Counted from the first letter of the stretch, positions 12,701-25,115 are shown. The stretch: DNA of 64,000 nt from Aplysia californica (GCF_000002075.1 NW_004797378.1:1073957-1137956), one strand, 5' to 3'. A program made the numbers and translations. The notes: generated by a model from the sequence alone, not told the origin.

Positions 12701-15700
12701 TCACCCTGTGTGTACACATTAGGTATAAATCTACCCTCCCTCCCCCTCCCACCTCCACCAAGGCAGTGCTACTGACTGAAACGTCTTTAGGCCATTCCCA
12801 AAGGGAGGATATTAACATGTTCTTATGCACAGTAGAATTGTAAATGGGCTGATTTATCAATGTCATGCTCATACTGTGCTGGACCCGCGTAGAGGACACT
12901 GCTGCCTTTTCTGTCCTCTTCTTTACTATCGTCATTTTCCTCTACTTTTTTTTGTATGTTTGTCGTACTTGTGAACTACTATTTCCGGGGTGCCTTGATA
13001 GTCGAAGCTTGGACTTCTCTGTTGACATCCACCCCTTGTCGCTCATATCACCTATGCAGTTGCAAGCGCCGTAAAAACCTTACTAAATCTAAATCTAGCT
13101 GCAAGCAAGCTTGCGATCGTCTGTCTATCCTCCATTTTGTCGACTGGACTTTGTTGTGTGTTCTTTTCGTTCCATATGTTATGTAATAATAATATATATG
13201 TTATTGATAGCGCAAATTAACTCCCTTTTTCGAGCTGGTGTGGGGCTTGATTTGCTGGGTAGTAAATTTTTTTCCAGGTAGTAAATTTTTTCAGGAAATA
13301 TTGCTGGACACCCTGCAGAATTTTGGTTGTTTAGCAGGTGATCTGATGTGGTTTGCTTCTTCTTTCCTATAAAAAATATATTGTTCTTATCCCTCCTTTT
13401 ATTTGTTTGTTACATACTATCTAGTACCATTTCAAATCTTCGGCACTTATATGACCTAATTGTGTTGCAAGTGCCATAAAGCTCTTACTAAAACTAAAAA
13501 TATCTGGGATTTTCTATTCTTTGTATTTAAAACATTAGCAAAATTCGTACATTACAAGAAAAAGATTAACGTGTCGTGCCAATTTTTAATTTTTCTATGT
13601 GCCTGCTAGATTGTATATGAATAGCTAGACTAGCTTAAAACAATTATGCATGTAGTATGTCTCTCCTTGATTTCAAACAATCAAGTTTTTCTCTGCCAAC
13701 AGAGTGAGAATGCTCTGTGCCTGGCTGACGTTTGCGACGTGTTCCGCTGTGACATTGTGTCGGGGGCGTCCACGCCTGACTACTGGGACATTGCATTGTG
13801 CATGGAAGATGATATGAAAGATCTGTTCTCTCAGTGTGAGGTATGTCTCTTACTCAAACACGATGAAACAAATGCTTTGTTTTCTGTTTGGTTTGAAAAA
13901 AGTATACCATTGGCTAGCTGTTCAGATTTTACTAAGCCCAAAATATTGAATTAAAAAAAAAAAATTCAGTTTTTAAATGTGCTTGTGAAGTATTTTGTCA
14001 AAGTTCAAATTCTAAATGTTGAAAAAAAGAGCATTAAAAAGATTCATAGTTCATGTACTTAAAAAAAAAAAGAATGAAACAGTTTTTTCTCTATCTTAAA
14101 AGTATTCCTTTCTGGGCTTAGAACAGTTGACCAGCTTGCCAACGATACCAATTCAGTGTGGAAAACGTAAAGGGTGTACTTGTAAATGGCAAGTTTGTCT
14201 CAATGTCTAGTGCTCTGCGTTATTTGCAGATCAGTGAAAATATTTCCTATCAGAGATTTTTCACTTTTGTTTTCGTTGTGGTGATCTCCATCAATATGAA
14301 AAAGGTGACCCACTACAATTTGCTAGTTTATCCATTATTCTCACATTTGCCTCAAAACCACCTCTGTTTGGCAGATTTAATATGTAGACTTTAGATTCTC
14401 TTTTTGTTTAAGTGAGTGCTTTACGGCACTTGCAACACAATATAGTCATATAAGTGGCGATAGTTTCTCTTTGACACTGTTCTCTGCATGGGAAAAATAC
14501 CTTTGAACGTTGTGATAGAGTAAGTTTGTTTACCGTTTTTTGTTCATTTTTTATTTTCTTAATCCAGGCACTTGTTGATGAGTGTATCCCAGCAAGTGTG
14601 ACAAAAAATCAGAGCAGATCAATTAAAGGTAAGAGAATTTTTGTTTTCGACAACCTGTCTCATAAAAAATGTCCTTAGAAGGAAATACAGTGGCGTCTAC
14701 TTAAAGCCAAATCTGTGAAACTGCTGGGTTTTCTTTGATTTAGCCAGATTTTCTGTTTAGAAATGTTGCTCGGATAGAAGGAAACCCTAAGAATACATAA
14801 CATTACAACTGAAAGAGCTGCGGAGCTGGCCTACCATAGAAAACTACATCTCCCCCCGACGCTTAACGGCAACTGAGGATGAAAAAGTAAAAAAGTAAAT
14901 GTAAAGTAAGCTCGGATAGAAGAGAAAAAAAGCTTTTTGCAGGTTAATGGTCTTCATTTTAAAAAGACTGCTCTGTTGTATAGACTAGAACGTAAGTTTT
15001 GCAGAGAGGTTTTCTCTGATAGAACATCAGCTATACATTGTGCTCATTACCATCAAAGGAAATCATAATTAATGGAAACAGATGTTCCCACTGACCCGTG
15101 GGAAAGTCAGTGTCAATTATTTTGAGTGATATCATTGCTGTAGATCTTTCTATTTTATATAAGCAAGAGTGATTTAATTTTCTTACTTGAATGATTTTTT
15201 AAACTTGACTGTTTTGAGTGAAGTTGTTATTTTCTGTACTTGTTTGGGGGGCAGATTTAGTCAGTGCTATGGAAGTTAAACCTAAGATTTGTGGAAAGGG
15301 GACTAAATTGTCCCTTTTATGACTAGATCTAACAGTTATGCTCAAACGACATATTCAGTTACAGTTATGCCTTTAAATGTCCTCTTCTTTTTAAAATCTG
15401 ACTCCCACCCTTTTCGTATTTTTATAGCCTATAAGGCTTTCCCTGTTTTATATTCATGGAATGAACACACGCCCGACAGACTTTGATGTACCTGTACTTA
15501 ATATTTATGTATGATAAAAACAGAATCATTATACAGCCAACAACAGTGAACTGATGATTGAAATTTGTTGTCTGTATCGCCGAACTGGGTTGGGTACCCT
15601 GAATATATTATAATATGCAAATGGTAGTGTGAAACTATGGCAATGTATTTAATTTGAAGACATAATTGTTGATGCTCAAGCTCAGCTCTCACAGATAAAT

Positions 15701-18700
15701 ATGTCTTCTAATGAAATAAATTGACATAGCTTCGCACCACTTGATATCTCTATGATTTGTCATGGTCTCAGGTTGCATTAATTTTTTGACTGTAAGTGTA
15801 TGAGTCATTCAATGTCTTTTTTTATAAAAGTTTTATACACTATTCTCCTCACATTAAGTGAACGCTTTTTTTGGGGGGGGGTTTCTTTTCAGACACTGTG
15901 GTAGAAAATGTTTGTTCTTTTCTCACTTGCATGAAGTTTTGGAACACTCCTATGCAGCAGGTAAGTTTTCTATTTTTAAACTTAACAATGGTAATGGTGG
16001 TAATATGTTTTGTTAAATGCTCCCTTTCAGCAGTGTAATTTCATTTAACCCTTAACTGATTCCGTCCATGATTTTTTCAGGCTCTGGACAATTATTTTTC
16101 TTTGTTCAGTTTTAGACTTGGGGTGCATTTATTTAATGCATTACTGTGAAGCTTTAAGTTACTCTAATATGTATTGTCATATACCAAAGTGGTGGGAATC
16201 AATACAGGAATTTTTTTTTACCGATAACAATGACCTATAATCTGTTTGTATTGTACTTTCCGCCATACAAAAACAAATGAGGGAAAAAAATTGCGCAACA
16301 CCTCTTCGAAAATTTCGACTTACCGCATTTTCTCAGCTCTACAAGTCCTTATAATCCATAGGAATCAATACAAAATTGTAGCGATAACACCCTAGCACAC
16401 ATTTATGCAAGAATTTCACAAATTTAGTTGAATATCTTTCTTTGAGGGGCCTTTTTCTTATACCAGGCTCTGTGTTATGTACCCTTAGATCTAGCCTACA
16501 TCACGACAACAAAACAACGATTTTTGCAAGAATTTCGCTGAGTTTCTATCGATATTGGCGCTCAGAGTTTGAGGTCAGGTTTGTTTACAAGTTCTACTTC
16601 CTTTCGACAACGTAAAAAGTAGGAACTAAGTTAAAAAGTGCTCATTTGTTTCGGATTTTGTTGAGCCGCTCACAGCGGTCGAATGGATGCAACGGAAGAA
16701 CTCGGAGCGGCTGTCAGCGGCCAAATGGACGGAATCAGTTAAAACCCTGAATTCTTGTTTTTCCTACCTCCCTAGAATCCTAAATTAAAATCGAGATACT
16801 AGAAGAAATTAGGTTGGTTCATTGTTTTATTTACTGTGTCTTTAATTGTTGTTAGAGTTTAAAAATGTTATGTGTATATATATATATGAATGCACAGTCT
16901 GGACAAAGGGGGAAAAGGTTAACACACTGGTTTTTAGGACCAACTCCATGAGTAAAGTCTTGTGCGTTATCCCTGACTCCTTTTCAGTTAAAGTATCATT
17001 AGACCCAGCGGTAGATCTAGCCTCTGGCAGCTGAATCATCTTAAACATATTTGTATTTTGGTCAGTTCTTGCATATTAGAATAGTTTCTGTACTTAATTT
17101 TCCACTTTTTTGTGGGTTTTTTTTTTTTGGGTAACGATAATATTTTCTTTCCTTCTTTGTGCAGGAGGAGAGCTCCCACATGGCTCTCTACATCGTGCTG
17201 ACCACCATGACCTGTTTTGGCATCATCATCTACAACTTTGTTTTTTACAATTACTTCTTGTAAGTTTTTTTCTTTAAATGGTGTCTAATCGTGAAAACTA
17301 GAAATATCTTAATGACGACCAAAATAACAATTTAAAAGGCTGTACGTGCAGTCAACTCTTTTGTACAGCTGTAAATGTAGAACATTTACAAAAGATAGTG
17401 AAAGTAAAAAACAGGCAACAGAAATGGTGACTGTTGAGAATTTTGTGGAAGGGGGGGGTGGGGGGGGAGATCAATTGAGGTAATGCTGAAAAAAACCCAG
17501 CTTGGGGCTCTCATTAATAAAAGCAAAAAGGAAAAGACAAATGAGGTTTCAGGGACATTTGAATTAACATAATGGTCTTGAACATCTTGCTCTCACTGGA
17601 AATACAGGAGGCAAAAGAAGTGAAAAAGTAGAGTAAGAGCAAATTATTTACTTGATCAGATGGGTGATGGGGAGAGACCAGGTTAACACTTTGCCCCCAT
17701 GGGACACCGATCGGCGCCGGTGTGATATGGCGTGTACCGCACCTGTATCCTGGTCCGTGGGGATAAGTGTTGCGCGCTGTGTGGGTGGAAAGTGTTAATG
17801 TAAGTTTCCTGGGATCATCTGTACAGAGACATGAATGTCGATCCATGATTGCCAATGTCTGTTTCAGACTTGGCACATGATGATGATATTGGTCCTGTTT
17901 TAGAAGTTAACGAAAATACACAATTCTTGTTTGTCAAAAATACTTGTAAGATATTTCTTGTCTTTAATTTTCACCCCTTCTTTCTTCTATGATGTTCTTG
18001 ATACATCACGAAAATGTATAATTTTAAACTTTTTGTCGTACCATGGACATCACAGAAGTTGGCAAATTTGACATTCCTGGTTTCCTAAAAGATGTTACTT
18101 GAGTGCCCTGTTAGTCATCTGGATCTAATTCTTCTGTACGAATTAAGCTACAAGCACAGCATGGATTCGTATTTAGGAATAAAAAGTGCACCTATCAATA
18201 CCAAATTTGCTAGTCTATTATATATTTGGCAACTTGGAAACACTCACTTTTCCCATAAAACTGCGACAGCTACAGAGTTGAAAGTTGGCATGTACCTGCG
18301 AAAAGATAGATAGGTCCCCATGACGGAGCCCGATTTTTGATTATTCATTTCCTGAATTTAGAAAAATATATTTGACAAAAAGTTCCCGTCCTTCTTTGAT
18401 CTTTGTGATTATTCTGCTAAGAAACAAACAAATCTGCGTAGCTCCAAGAGACAGGGTGAGTAATTTTTTAGAGTCACCTGTAATACGTGGAGACGTGATC
18501 CATTGTATGCCTCCAAAGAGTTGTTTTTGATATATGGCCCGAAGAGAAAAACTTTTTAATTACAGAGTCAAGATTTTTTTTTAAAATATTTTTGTTTGGT
18601 CGCTAGCCTGTAGAAGTGCCAGGCAAAGTTTCGTGGGCATAAGTGAATTTGTCAATGAGCTAGATTTTTCTTTAACATTGTCAGAGGAAAATGAACAAAC

Positions 18701-19373
18701 TATAGACACTGCCTCTGTGATTTTGAAGACGTCGGTGTGTTCCTTTTACAGTTGTAGATTTTCATATATCACATAATGATCTTGCTTGTTTGTATTTTTT
18801 TAATGGCCAAGATATCGTGTTTTTTCTGGGTTTGCCAAATGTGATATTTGATCCAATAAATATTAACCTTCTTTTTCTTGATGAGACTGAAAAAATGTAT
18901 CTGGTTTGATGTGTTAGTGAGTTGCATTCTAGAAAGTATATTAGGCAGCTAGCTGTATGAGTCAAAAATGGTTTCTCAGTCAAGTGTGAAAACATTGTAA
19001 GTTTTGGGAGTGTAAAAAATCAGAAAGATTGTCATAGCAATAACATAATTAACAATATTAATGGAAAGCTGGAAAGACAGCTGCATTTCATGGTGTCAAA
19101 GATGCTAGCTTCGGCTCAAGTAAAACTTTCAGTTTGAACTGTATACTGTTAGGAAACCTGTCCTTTTCTTTTCATTTTTACTTTTTGTGTGATGCCCTCC
19201 TTTTCTTATTCAGATTTATTCTTGTGAATTTCAGCTCAGACCTCTCACTAGAATCCACATATAACCCACCACCCCAGAAGAGCAAAAAGAAGCAAACAAT
19301 GTCTCCCTACTCTGAGAGTCGAGAACCCCCGCGACCCAGACGCCCTCCTCCTCGACCCAGACATCAGCTGTAG
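787..19373 (+). CDS. 8-exon gene: type-I membrane protein with signal peptide, luminal Cys-rich domain containing one C2H2 zinc finger, TM helix and Pro/Arg-rich tail (~279 aa)
   Basis: Hand-spliced GT-AG exons with compatible phases: 787-831 (METKKAILRFLLSLL; in-frame TGA upstream at 745), 7793-7879 (VCVWQYGLVCSTKICSRDQSRVVARIVKE), 9203-9409 (WACDFCGKAFVSEYFLDAHFGNRH = C2H2), 13703-13840 (CLADVCDVFRCD), 14568-14628, 15893-15960, 17165-17259 (ALYIVLTTMTCFGIIIYNFVFY, TM), 19235-19373 (TAG). Total 840 nt. The CSR..SR / W.C..C.K.F..E..LD.H..NRH / CLAD.C....CD motifs match, from memory, the Arabidopsis At5g63280-like C2H2 family. Confidence 0.88.
963..1887. mobile_element. Foldback/MITE-like element with long inverted termini spanning an assembly gap
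   Basis: GAAAGTGGCTATTCTCACCCGCC-GGAAGTTCTCGCAAGATCAACTCC at 963 is the reverse complement of ~1840-1887; 987-1230 recurs inverted at ~5452-5657. Confidence 0.6.
1932..3165. mobile_element. Non-autonomous DNA element with ~100-bp TIRs
   Basis: 1932-2033 (AGTGTATACAGACCCGGTAACCGGGAACGAAGTCAC...TTTCAGCGCCC) is inverted at 3073-3165; internal GTCAATTGCCAC motifs in alternating orientation (~2133, 2590, 2634, 2657). Confidence 0.75.
4840..4950. repeat. Cluster of four palindromes ATTCTCACCC-N-GGGTGAGAAT
   Basis: Read directly; the same palindrome occurs at ~910 and ~3229. Confidence 0.75.
6167..7642. mobile_element. Tigger/pogo-type MITE (TA TSD) carrying an RTE insertion
   Basis: TA|CAGTGGAATCCTGTTATAACGAG ... 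CTCGTTATAAGTGGACTCCACTG|TA. Confidence 0.8.
6806..7295 (-). mobile_element. 5'-truncated RTE-clade LINE flanked by ~185-bp direct repeats
   Basis: Translation TKLRIFNSNVKSVLLYGCETW...CLRRLLRFKWTDRITNEEV (RTE ORF2 C-terminus); direct repeats 6622-6805 and 7296-7482. Confidence 0.85.
8692..8930. mobile_element. piggyBac-like MITE
   Basis: TTAA|CCCTATCCGTATGCC ... GGCGTACGGATAGGG; right TTAA missing. Confidence 0.55.
9858..10936. mobile_element. Non-autonomous hAT-like DNA transposon
   Basis: Perfect 13-bp TIR CATAGCTGCCACT / AGTGGCAGCTATG; flanks GATTT/GATTA (possible 5-bp TSD). Confidence 0.7.
11622..13315. mobile_element. Non-autonomous hAT-like (hAT5-type) element with 5-bp TSD
   Basis: Perfect 15-bp TIR CAGGGTGTCCAGCAA / TTGCTGGACACCCTG; TSD CAGAA at 11617-11621 and 13316-13320; subterminal GTAAA repeats. 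Confidence 0.85.
14781..14909 (+). mobile_element. LINE 3'-end fragment with 13-bp TSD
   Basis: GCTCGGATAGAAG at 14768-14780 and 14910-14922; body matches the LINE 3' end at ~40100-40225; (AAAGT)n-like tail. Confidence 0.8.
16049..16742. mobile_element. piggyBac-like MITE
   Basis: TTAACCC-TTAACTGATTCCGTCCAT ... ATGGACGGAATCAGTTAA (18-bp perfect inverted repeat). Confidence 0.65.
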
Positions 19374-20867
19374 ATCAAGTGCTTGAGAGTTTCAGTCTCT
19401 CGCTGGTCGCTCAGTGGACGTGTGTGTTTTGAGCAGCACAACCCCAAGCTGTTGGATTGATGAATGGCTACAAAGGCTGGTGTACTTTGTGACAAGGAAA
19501 GGAAGTTCTTTTTCTATTGTGTGTGGGTGAAGCATTAACACTCTTTTCCTCCACATAGTGTTATAGAGGAGAGAAAAATTTATCTCCAAACTTTAAATTT
19601 AAAGAACTAGGGATACATGAGTATTACTTCCAGGCTCAGATAACATGAACATGGATAACCCAAAATATCAAATAGCCCATTCAGTTGACCATTCCCCCGA
19701 GTGATATCTCATTAATTTTTCACCCTACATTTTACCCGAACTATGGATGTATTGAACACATTTGTCAATTCCCTGACGTGTTTGAGTTATCCATGCCCAA
19801 CTGTTCAATGATTGGATGGATTGTTGTGGAGTCTGTTCCTGTAGTTTAATCAAAGATTGTACATTACAAGATGGTTTGCCCCTCTCTTTGAGGTACCGAA
19901 AAAAAATGTGTGCAGTAATGCCAGTGGCAACGTACATAGTATTGCCCGTTGGATGTTTGTAATTTGTAGGGAGTTATGAGTTTTGAGTACACAGTGGAGC
20001 AAAATTGTGCTACCAGAACTTCTACTTGAGATATAAAGTCAAATGTGGTATCTGCAGCAGTTGCCACATCTATCGTACATAGATTGTAGAGGATGATTTT
20101 TAAGGGAGTGAAGTCTTAAAGTATCCAGTGATTGATGTTATTCAGGCAGGATCAGCTACTCTGGTATTGTCATATTTCCCACCCCCATAATGATTGTCAG
20201 TGTCTTTTATGTTCAAAGTAATGAGAAACAAGGAGGTGATAATAGTCATTTTGTATTTATAATAAAAATTTGAGAGAGATAAAAACTGCAGACAGGAAGA
20301 AGAGGCCGAGGCAACTGATCCTTACACCTACAACTGACAATGTAGCGGGGACTCACGGACTGTCATTAGATCTATTTCTCTCTTTAATAAATAGCCATAT
20401 TGCCTTCTTTTACTCCTCCTTCAGTAATAATTGGTTTTGGATCAGGTTTCATGCTGAAAAGAAATTTTCAAACTGTAGTAACTTTTTTGGTAGACTACTA
20501 GTAAATTATTGTTTGTTTTATTTTATTTTTGGAGGTTTCTTTTTTTTTTTGGGGGGGGGGGAAAGAGGGTTGAGTCAGATGTGTGAAATTGATATGTTTG
20601 AGTTGCCATGTACAATAAGAGTATGTCTGTTACATATGGTTTTCACTATGCAGTTTATGAAAGTTGTAAAAAGTCATTCCTACCATCATCAAACATATAA
20701 TGTTGGAGAGTCTTTTAGTGTCATTACAGTCAGTCAGTGGAATATGTCTTGTGTTTTTGCCTTTTTGTGGAAAGAGAACAGTGTGAAAGAATAATTTCTT
20801 ACTTTTTATGTTACTGTAAATCTTGCATGAAGATGCTTGTGGATGTATGCTTTCATATATATATGGA

Positions 20868-20873
20868 AATAAA
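20868..20873 (+). terminator. Candidate polyadenylation signal of the C2H2 membrane-protein gene (another AATAAA at 20261)
   Basis: AATAAA followed by GT-rich sequence ~1.5 kb after the stop codon. Confidence 0.35.
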
Positions 20874-21019
20874 TGTCGGTGTGCCTTTGGGAAAAGTGTA
20901 CGTGTTATAGTTCATGTTTGGGATGAGAGGGAGAGATTCCATATTTTTAAGATGAATGATTTTGTGTAATAGCATGCAGATGTGCCAGGTTGTAGATAAT
21001 ACATTTGTCTGTCCTTATA

Positions 21020-21642
21020 CAGTAGAAACCTGATATAACAGGGATGGTGGGACCATAGAAAAAGTCCTGTTGTACCCAAACCCTGTTAAATCAGAAATGC
21101 AAGAGAAGTAAGCATTTGTGGACCAATCCAGCTGTATTTATTCTTGGGTAGTTTCCCTTGCCACAAGTACCCACGAACAGGGGTTTTGGCATTGTGGCAG
21201 GCCTGCGCATGACACATTACATGTGCATGTTGCAAGGCTTGGGAATTGATCGAAGTCTGGGGAGCGCTGCGTGTGCTTGCAGTGGCGTGGTTTGCATGGG
21301 CTTGCTCCATCACTGCANNNNNNNNNNNNNNNNNNNNNNNNNNNNNNNNNNNNNNNNNNNNNNNNNNNNNNNNNNNNNNNNNNNNNNNNNNNNNNNNNNN
21401 NNNNNNNNNNNNNNNNNNNNNNNNNNNNNNNNNNNNNNNNNNNNNNNNNNNNNNNNNNNNNNNNNNNNNNNNNNNNNNNNTTGACAAGCTATAACCGACT
21501 GGGTTCCGTTGAGGCCCTGTTATTACCGATAACTTTTAATAGAGACAAAGAGTAGGAAGATACAGGGATTTTAAAAATCCCTGTTATTAACGGATCCCTG
21601 TTATTTCCGGGCCTGTTATACCTGTATATATGGTTTCCACTG
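21020..21642. mobile_element. Tigger-type MITE spanning a gap
   Basis: TA|CAGTAGAAACC...ATAACAGG and CCTGTTAT...GGTTTCCACTG|TA. Confidence 0.7.
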
Positions 21643-22980
21643 TAATTGCTTTGTTTACATAATCTCTTAAATGGATAGAAACACATGTACAGGCTGTAGG
21701 ATAACCCTTCATTACAACTTTGCCATTGTCAAATCTTTTATGCTGCATAGCAGCCCTTCGGAGACCAAAGGATATGCCCCCCCCCCCAAAAAAAAATAAA
21801 AAAAATAAAAACCAAATGGACGCTATGGAATGATTCAAAAGATTAAATTAATTATCAGTATGAAAGGTCAGTGACAGTGGTTTGGTTTGAGCAGAGAAAT
21901 ACACTAACGATAAAACCTTGTCATGTATTGCTGGAACAGAACAAGACCAGCTGAACCAAGAGGCAAAGAAAAGAAACGAAACTTCACAGTTCCCAGTGGT
22001 GGCCTCCAACCACCCAACAGTGTAGTACTAGGAGTAGGTACCACAAAGAAAAAATTCTAATTGCATGAAAATAGATTTTCTTTATAAATTGGACAGGACG
22101 TGCTGTACCATTCAAATTCATAGAAAACGTAGAAAATTCCTTGCAGCATGCAAAACGAGAAAAAAGCAGGACTTGGAACAATCGCACAGTCAGGTAGTGA
22201 CAATACACATCATACAGTAGAAATTTACTACATGTATAGTGGCACCCGCTGCTGCGGGATATATCCCTACAGCGAGACCCTCCGGAATCCCCCTTTTTTT
22301 TCTATGTAAACTCAATTACCTGTGCTTGGGTTGAACAGGGCAAGGAAAGACCTGAACTCGGATACAGCGGAAGTGATCGACGAGCGAGCTCTGGCTGGGG
22401 AGAAAAGGGGGGGGGGGGGGGGGCTGTTACAGGCGGGCTTCAAACCTGCAGTCAGCGGTGCGGCATTGTGGTTGACCAGTCGAGTCATCAGTGAGTGAGG
22501 TGGGGCAGGCGGCAGAAAGAAATAGTGCGGAGAGACGCGTTACGTGAGCCACTCCAAAAGTGATATGCCATAGACTAGACGTTCAGTATGATAGCGTATC
22601 TATCATAGCCCTAGGCTTAGGTTAGGCCAAAAAGTAAAAGAAGAGGAGAGCGTGTAGTGTGTGATTCCTGATTCATTGAATTGCGATCTTTGATGCTCAG
22701 GCATACGCACGCATCCACTTCATCGGTTCTAAAGTAGGCCTACCGGTGCGATAGACAGCAAAAGCGACAAGGCCGAGGAAAAGAAGGCTTCCAACAAAGA
22801 CAAAAGGAATTAATTCTATTCACCCGAACTAAAGACCGAGATAATCAACGAAATTGACTAGAAAAGGAAGACGGATCAAAAGCGCAAATTCTATTGCAAT
22901 GAAAAGGGGGGGGGGGGGGGGGGGGGTAATCGTGTGGCTTTTAAGAAACTTTTCGGTAATTCCCCTTTATATTCCTGTTA

Positions 22981-23163
22981 GTGCTGCGTATCACATGGAC
23001 AGCTAGAAAAACGAATGAAGAAGTCTTGGTTGAAGCACATTACAGACGACAGTACATGACAAATATACGAAAGCGACAGGCAAATTTCACTGGACACAGA
23101 ATAATATGCGGAAAGAAGCATCGGAGAATATTAAACAACAGCGCAAGTTTGAAGGAAAGATAG
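22981..23163 (+). mobile_element. RTE LINE fragment
   Basis: LRITWTARKTNEEVL...IRKRQANFTGH. Confidence 0.65.
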
Positions 23164-24017
23164 GCACTGGCATATAATTCCGATTACGTAAACCCATAAA
23201 ATTGTATGAAAATGGCTTTTCAGTGAACAATTTTTGCTTACTACACCACAGAATGCCAATATTTTGTCCCCGTCGTTTTATGCAAGAAAAGTTTGGAAAT
23301 TATGCAAACTGAGCCCAAAAATGTGAAATTATGCGATTCTGTTAATTAGAAATTATGTAAAAAATGATCAAATTTTACTAAATTATGCCGGGTGCATTAA
23401 ACCACGGGGACGGAATATTAGAGGCATGTTGTTTGGAAAGTTTTTATCCTGTACTGTAATGTCAAAACTTTGTGATGTTTTTTATAACATAGGACAAAGA
23501 ATGTTTGAAGTATGCCATTGTGAAAATAAGCAAATGACTCATTTGGCACCTTGTTAAAAAGTACACGCAAAAGCACAACTTTTGTAAGCAAGTGTAAACT
23601 TTCATAAAATGATAATTATTACAGACGTGAGACTGATATTTCATATTTTAAATTTTTTAAAAACAAAATTGCCGTTAGATTTAACATACAAATACTTTTA
23701 AACGTAGAAAAGGGAAAGTTTACAGTTTACCATTACTTTCGTAATTTTGCTCACACTGGTATTGGTATAGATCTACTCTTCCACATATTCTATTGATAAA
23801 CGTAATTAGGCTATATGTGTAACTTTACTGAATAACAATCACGAAATTAGAAAAGGCTCATTACTTAGTGTAAGAATCTAGCAACTATTTTTCAGAGAAC
23901 AGCGCAAGAAACACTCTTGTTATGTTGTTTATTAGATCTAGCGCACAAACGCTCAGTCTAAAGCGCCCGACTAGGCAGACATCTGGTAGGGAGAGGCACA
24001 AGTGGTTCGGGCTTGGA

Positions 24018-25113
24018 TCGTCAGTAGAGATCAGATACGAACGTGTCACAGTTATTCCCCTACCCCCCCCCCCCCCCTTCCATTGATCAATTTACAATGA
24101 TAAGTTAGTCATGACATAAATCAGCGTAATGAATTGCGCACTGGACTGTAGAATCAAACGTTGCCATATGCCAGGCCCTAACCAACAATATAATTTATTT
24201 GTTCGGCAAACCGTACGTTATAGATGATAGATGACACAGGCGTGCCTTTGAATGAATCGGCCCTTTTGTAATGTCTAGTAAAGTTCAGCGTATTTTCTTA
24301 GAATATTCAAGCATTTTCTTCGGTATGGTTTCAAAGAAACGTCTCATTTGAAACCAAACTACTCAATACATTATACATTACTTGCTCGGAGGCTGTAATG
24401 ATATACACAAAAACTTCATGCTTGCTATAACGAACGCTCGGATTCAACGAAATTGAAGGTCAGGACCGACGACTTCGTTGAATCCTAGTTCCACTTCAGA
24501 GACCGGCACACCTGTGGTTGTGTTGTGTGTATGTGTGTCTTTGGGGAGGGGGCACAAGCGGACGGGCGCTGGACGTCAGTAGAGATACAAATGCGCCTGT
24601 CATTTTCCACTCCGATTACTAATCAATATTACAATGATATGCTAGTTTTGACTTAGGTTTACATAATGGATTGCGCACTGATCCGTGGAATCAAGCATTG
24701 CTGTTGGCTTTACACTACAGCAACACAACTTGTTGGGTGAACCATAGATGACACAGACGTGCATTTGAACGAACCGGCCCTTTTGTACAGAGCGTGTTTG
24801 GTAGAGTTCAGTGTATTTTTTTGGGGGGGAGGGGGGGGGATTTTCCAGCTTTAATTTCGGTATGGCTTCAAAGACACGAAAATGCCTCTCATTTGAAACC
24901 AAACTATTTTTGACTGAGGAAGTCGAAAAGAGGCTAAAAAGTAGACATTTCAGGGTAGCCTACAACGTTACTTCCCTTTACCCTTTATGCATTACTTGCT
25001 TAGTGCCTGTAATTATTTATATAATAAAAACCTCGTGTTTGCCATAACGAACACTCGGATTCAACGAAATTGAAGGCCAGGCCCGACTATTTCGTTGAAT
25101 CCGAGTTCCAATG
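24018..25113 (+). mobile_element. Two tandem Tigger/pogo deletion derivatives (~24018-24495 and ~24574-25113)
   Basis: MASKTRKCLSFETKLFLTEEVEK (pogo/Tigger N-terminal HTH-like) and right ends CTCGGATTCAACGAA...TTCGTTGAATCC.AGTTCCA.TG|TA. Confidence 0.7.
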
Positions 25114-25115
25114 TA

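Larger units (their letters stand above)
7997..13500 (+). repeat. Five dispersed same-strand copies of a ~100-150-bp retroposon 3' tail (7997-8135, 8995-9155, 11370-11525, ~13030-13090, 13335-13500)
   Basis: Shared GGTGTGGTTTGCTTCTTCTTTCCTAT...GGCGCTCATATGACCTTATGCAGTTGCGAGCGCCGTAAAACC-like stem-loop end; the same hairpin ends the SINEs at 53.3, 57.2 and 62.8 kb. Confidence 0.7.
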
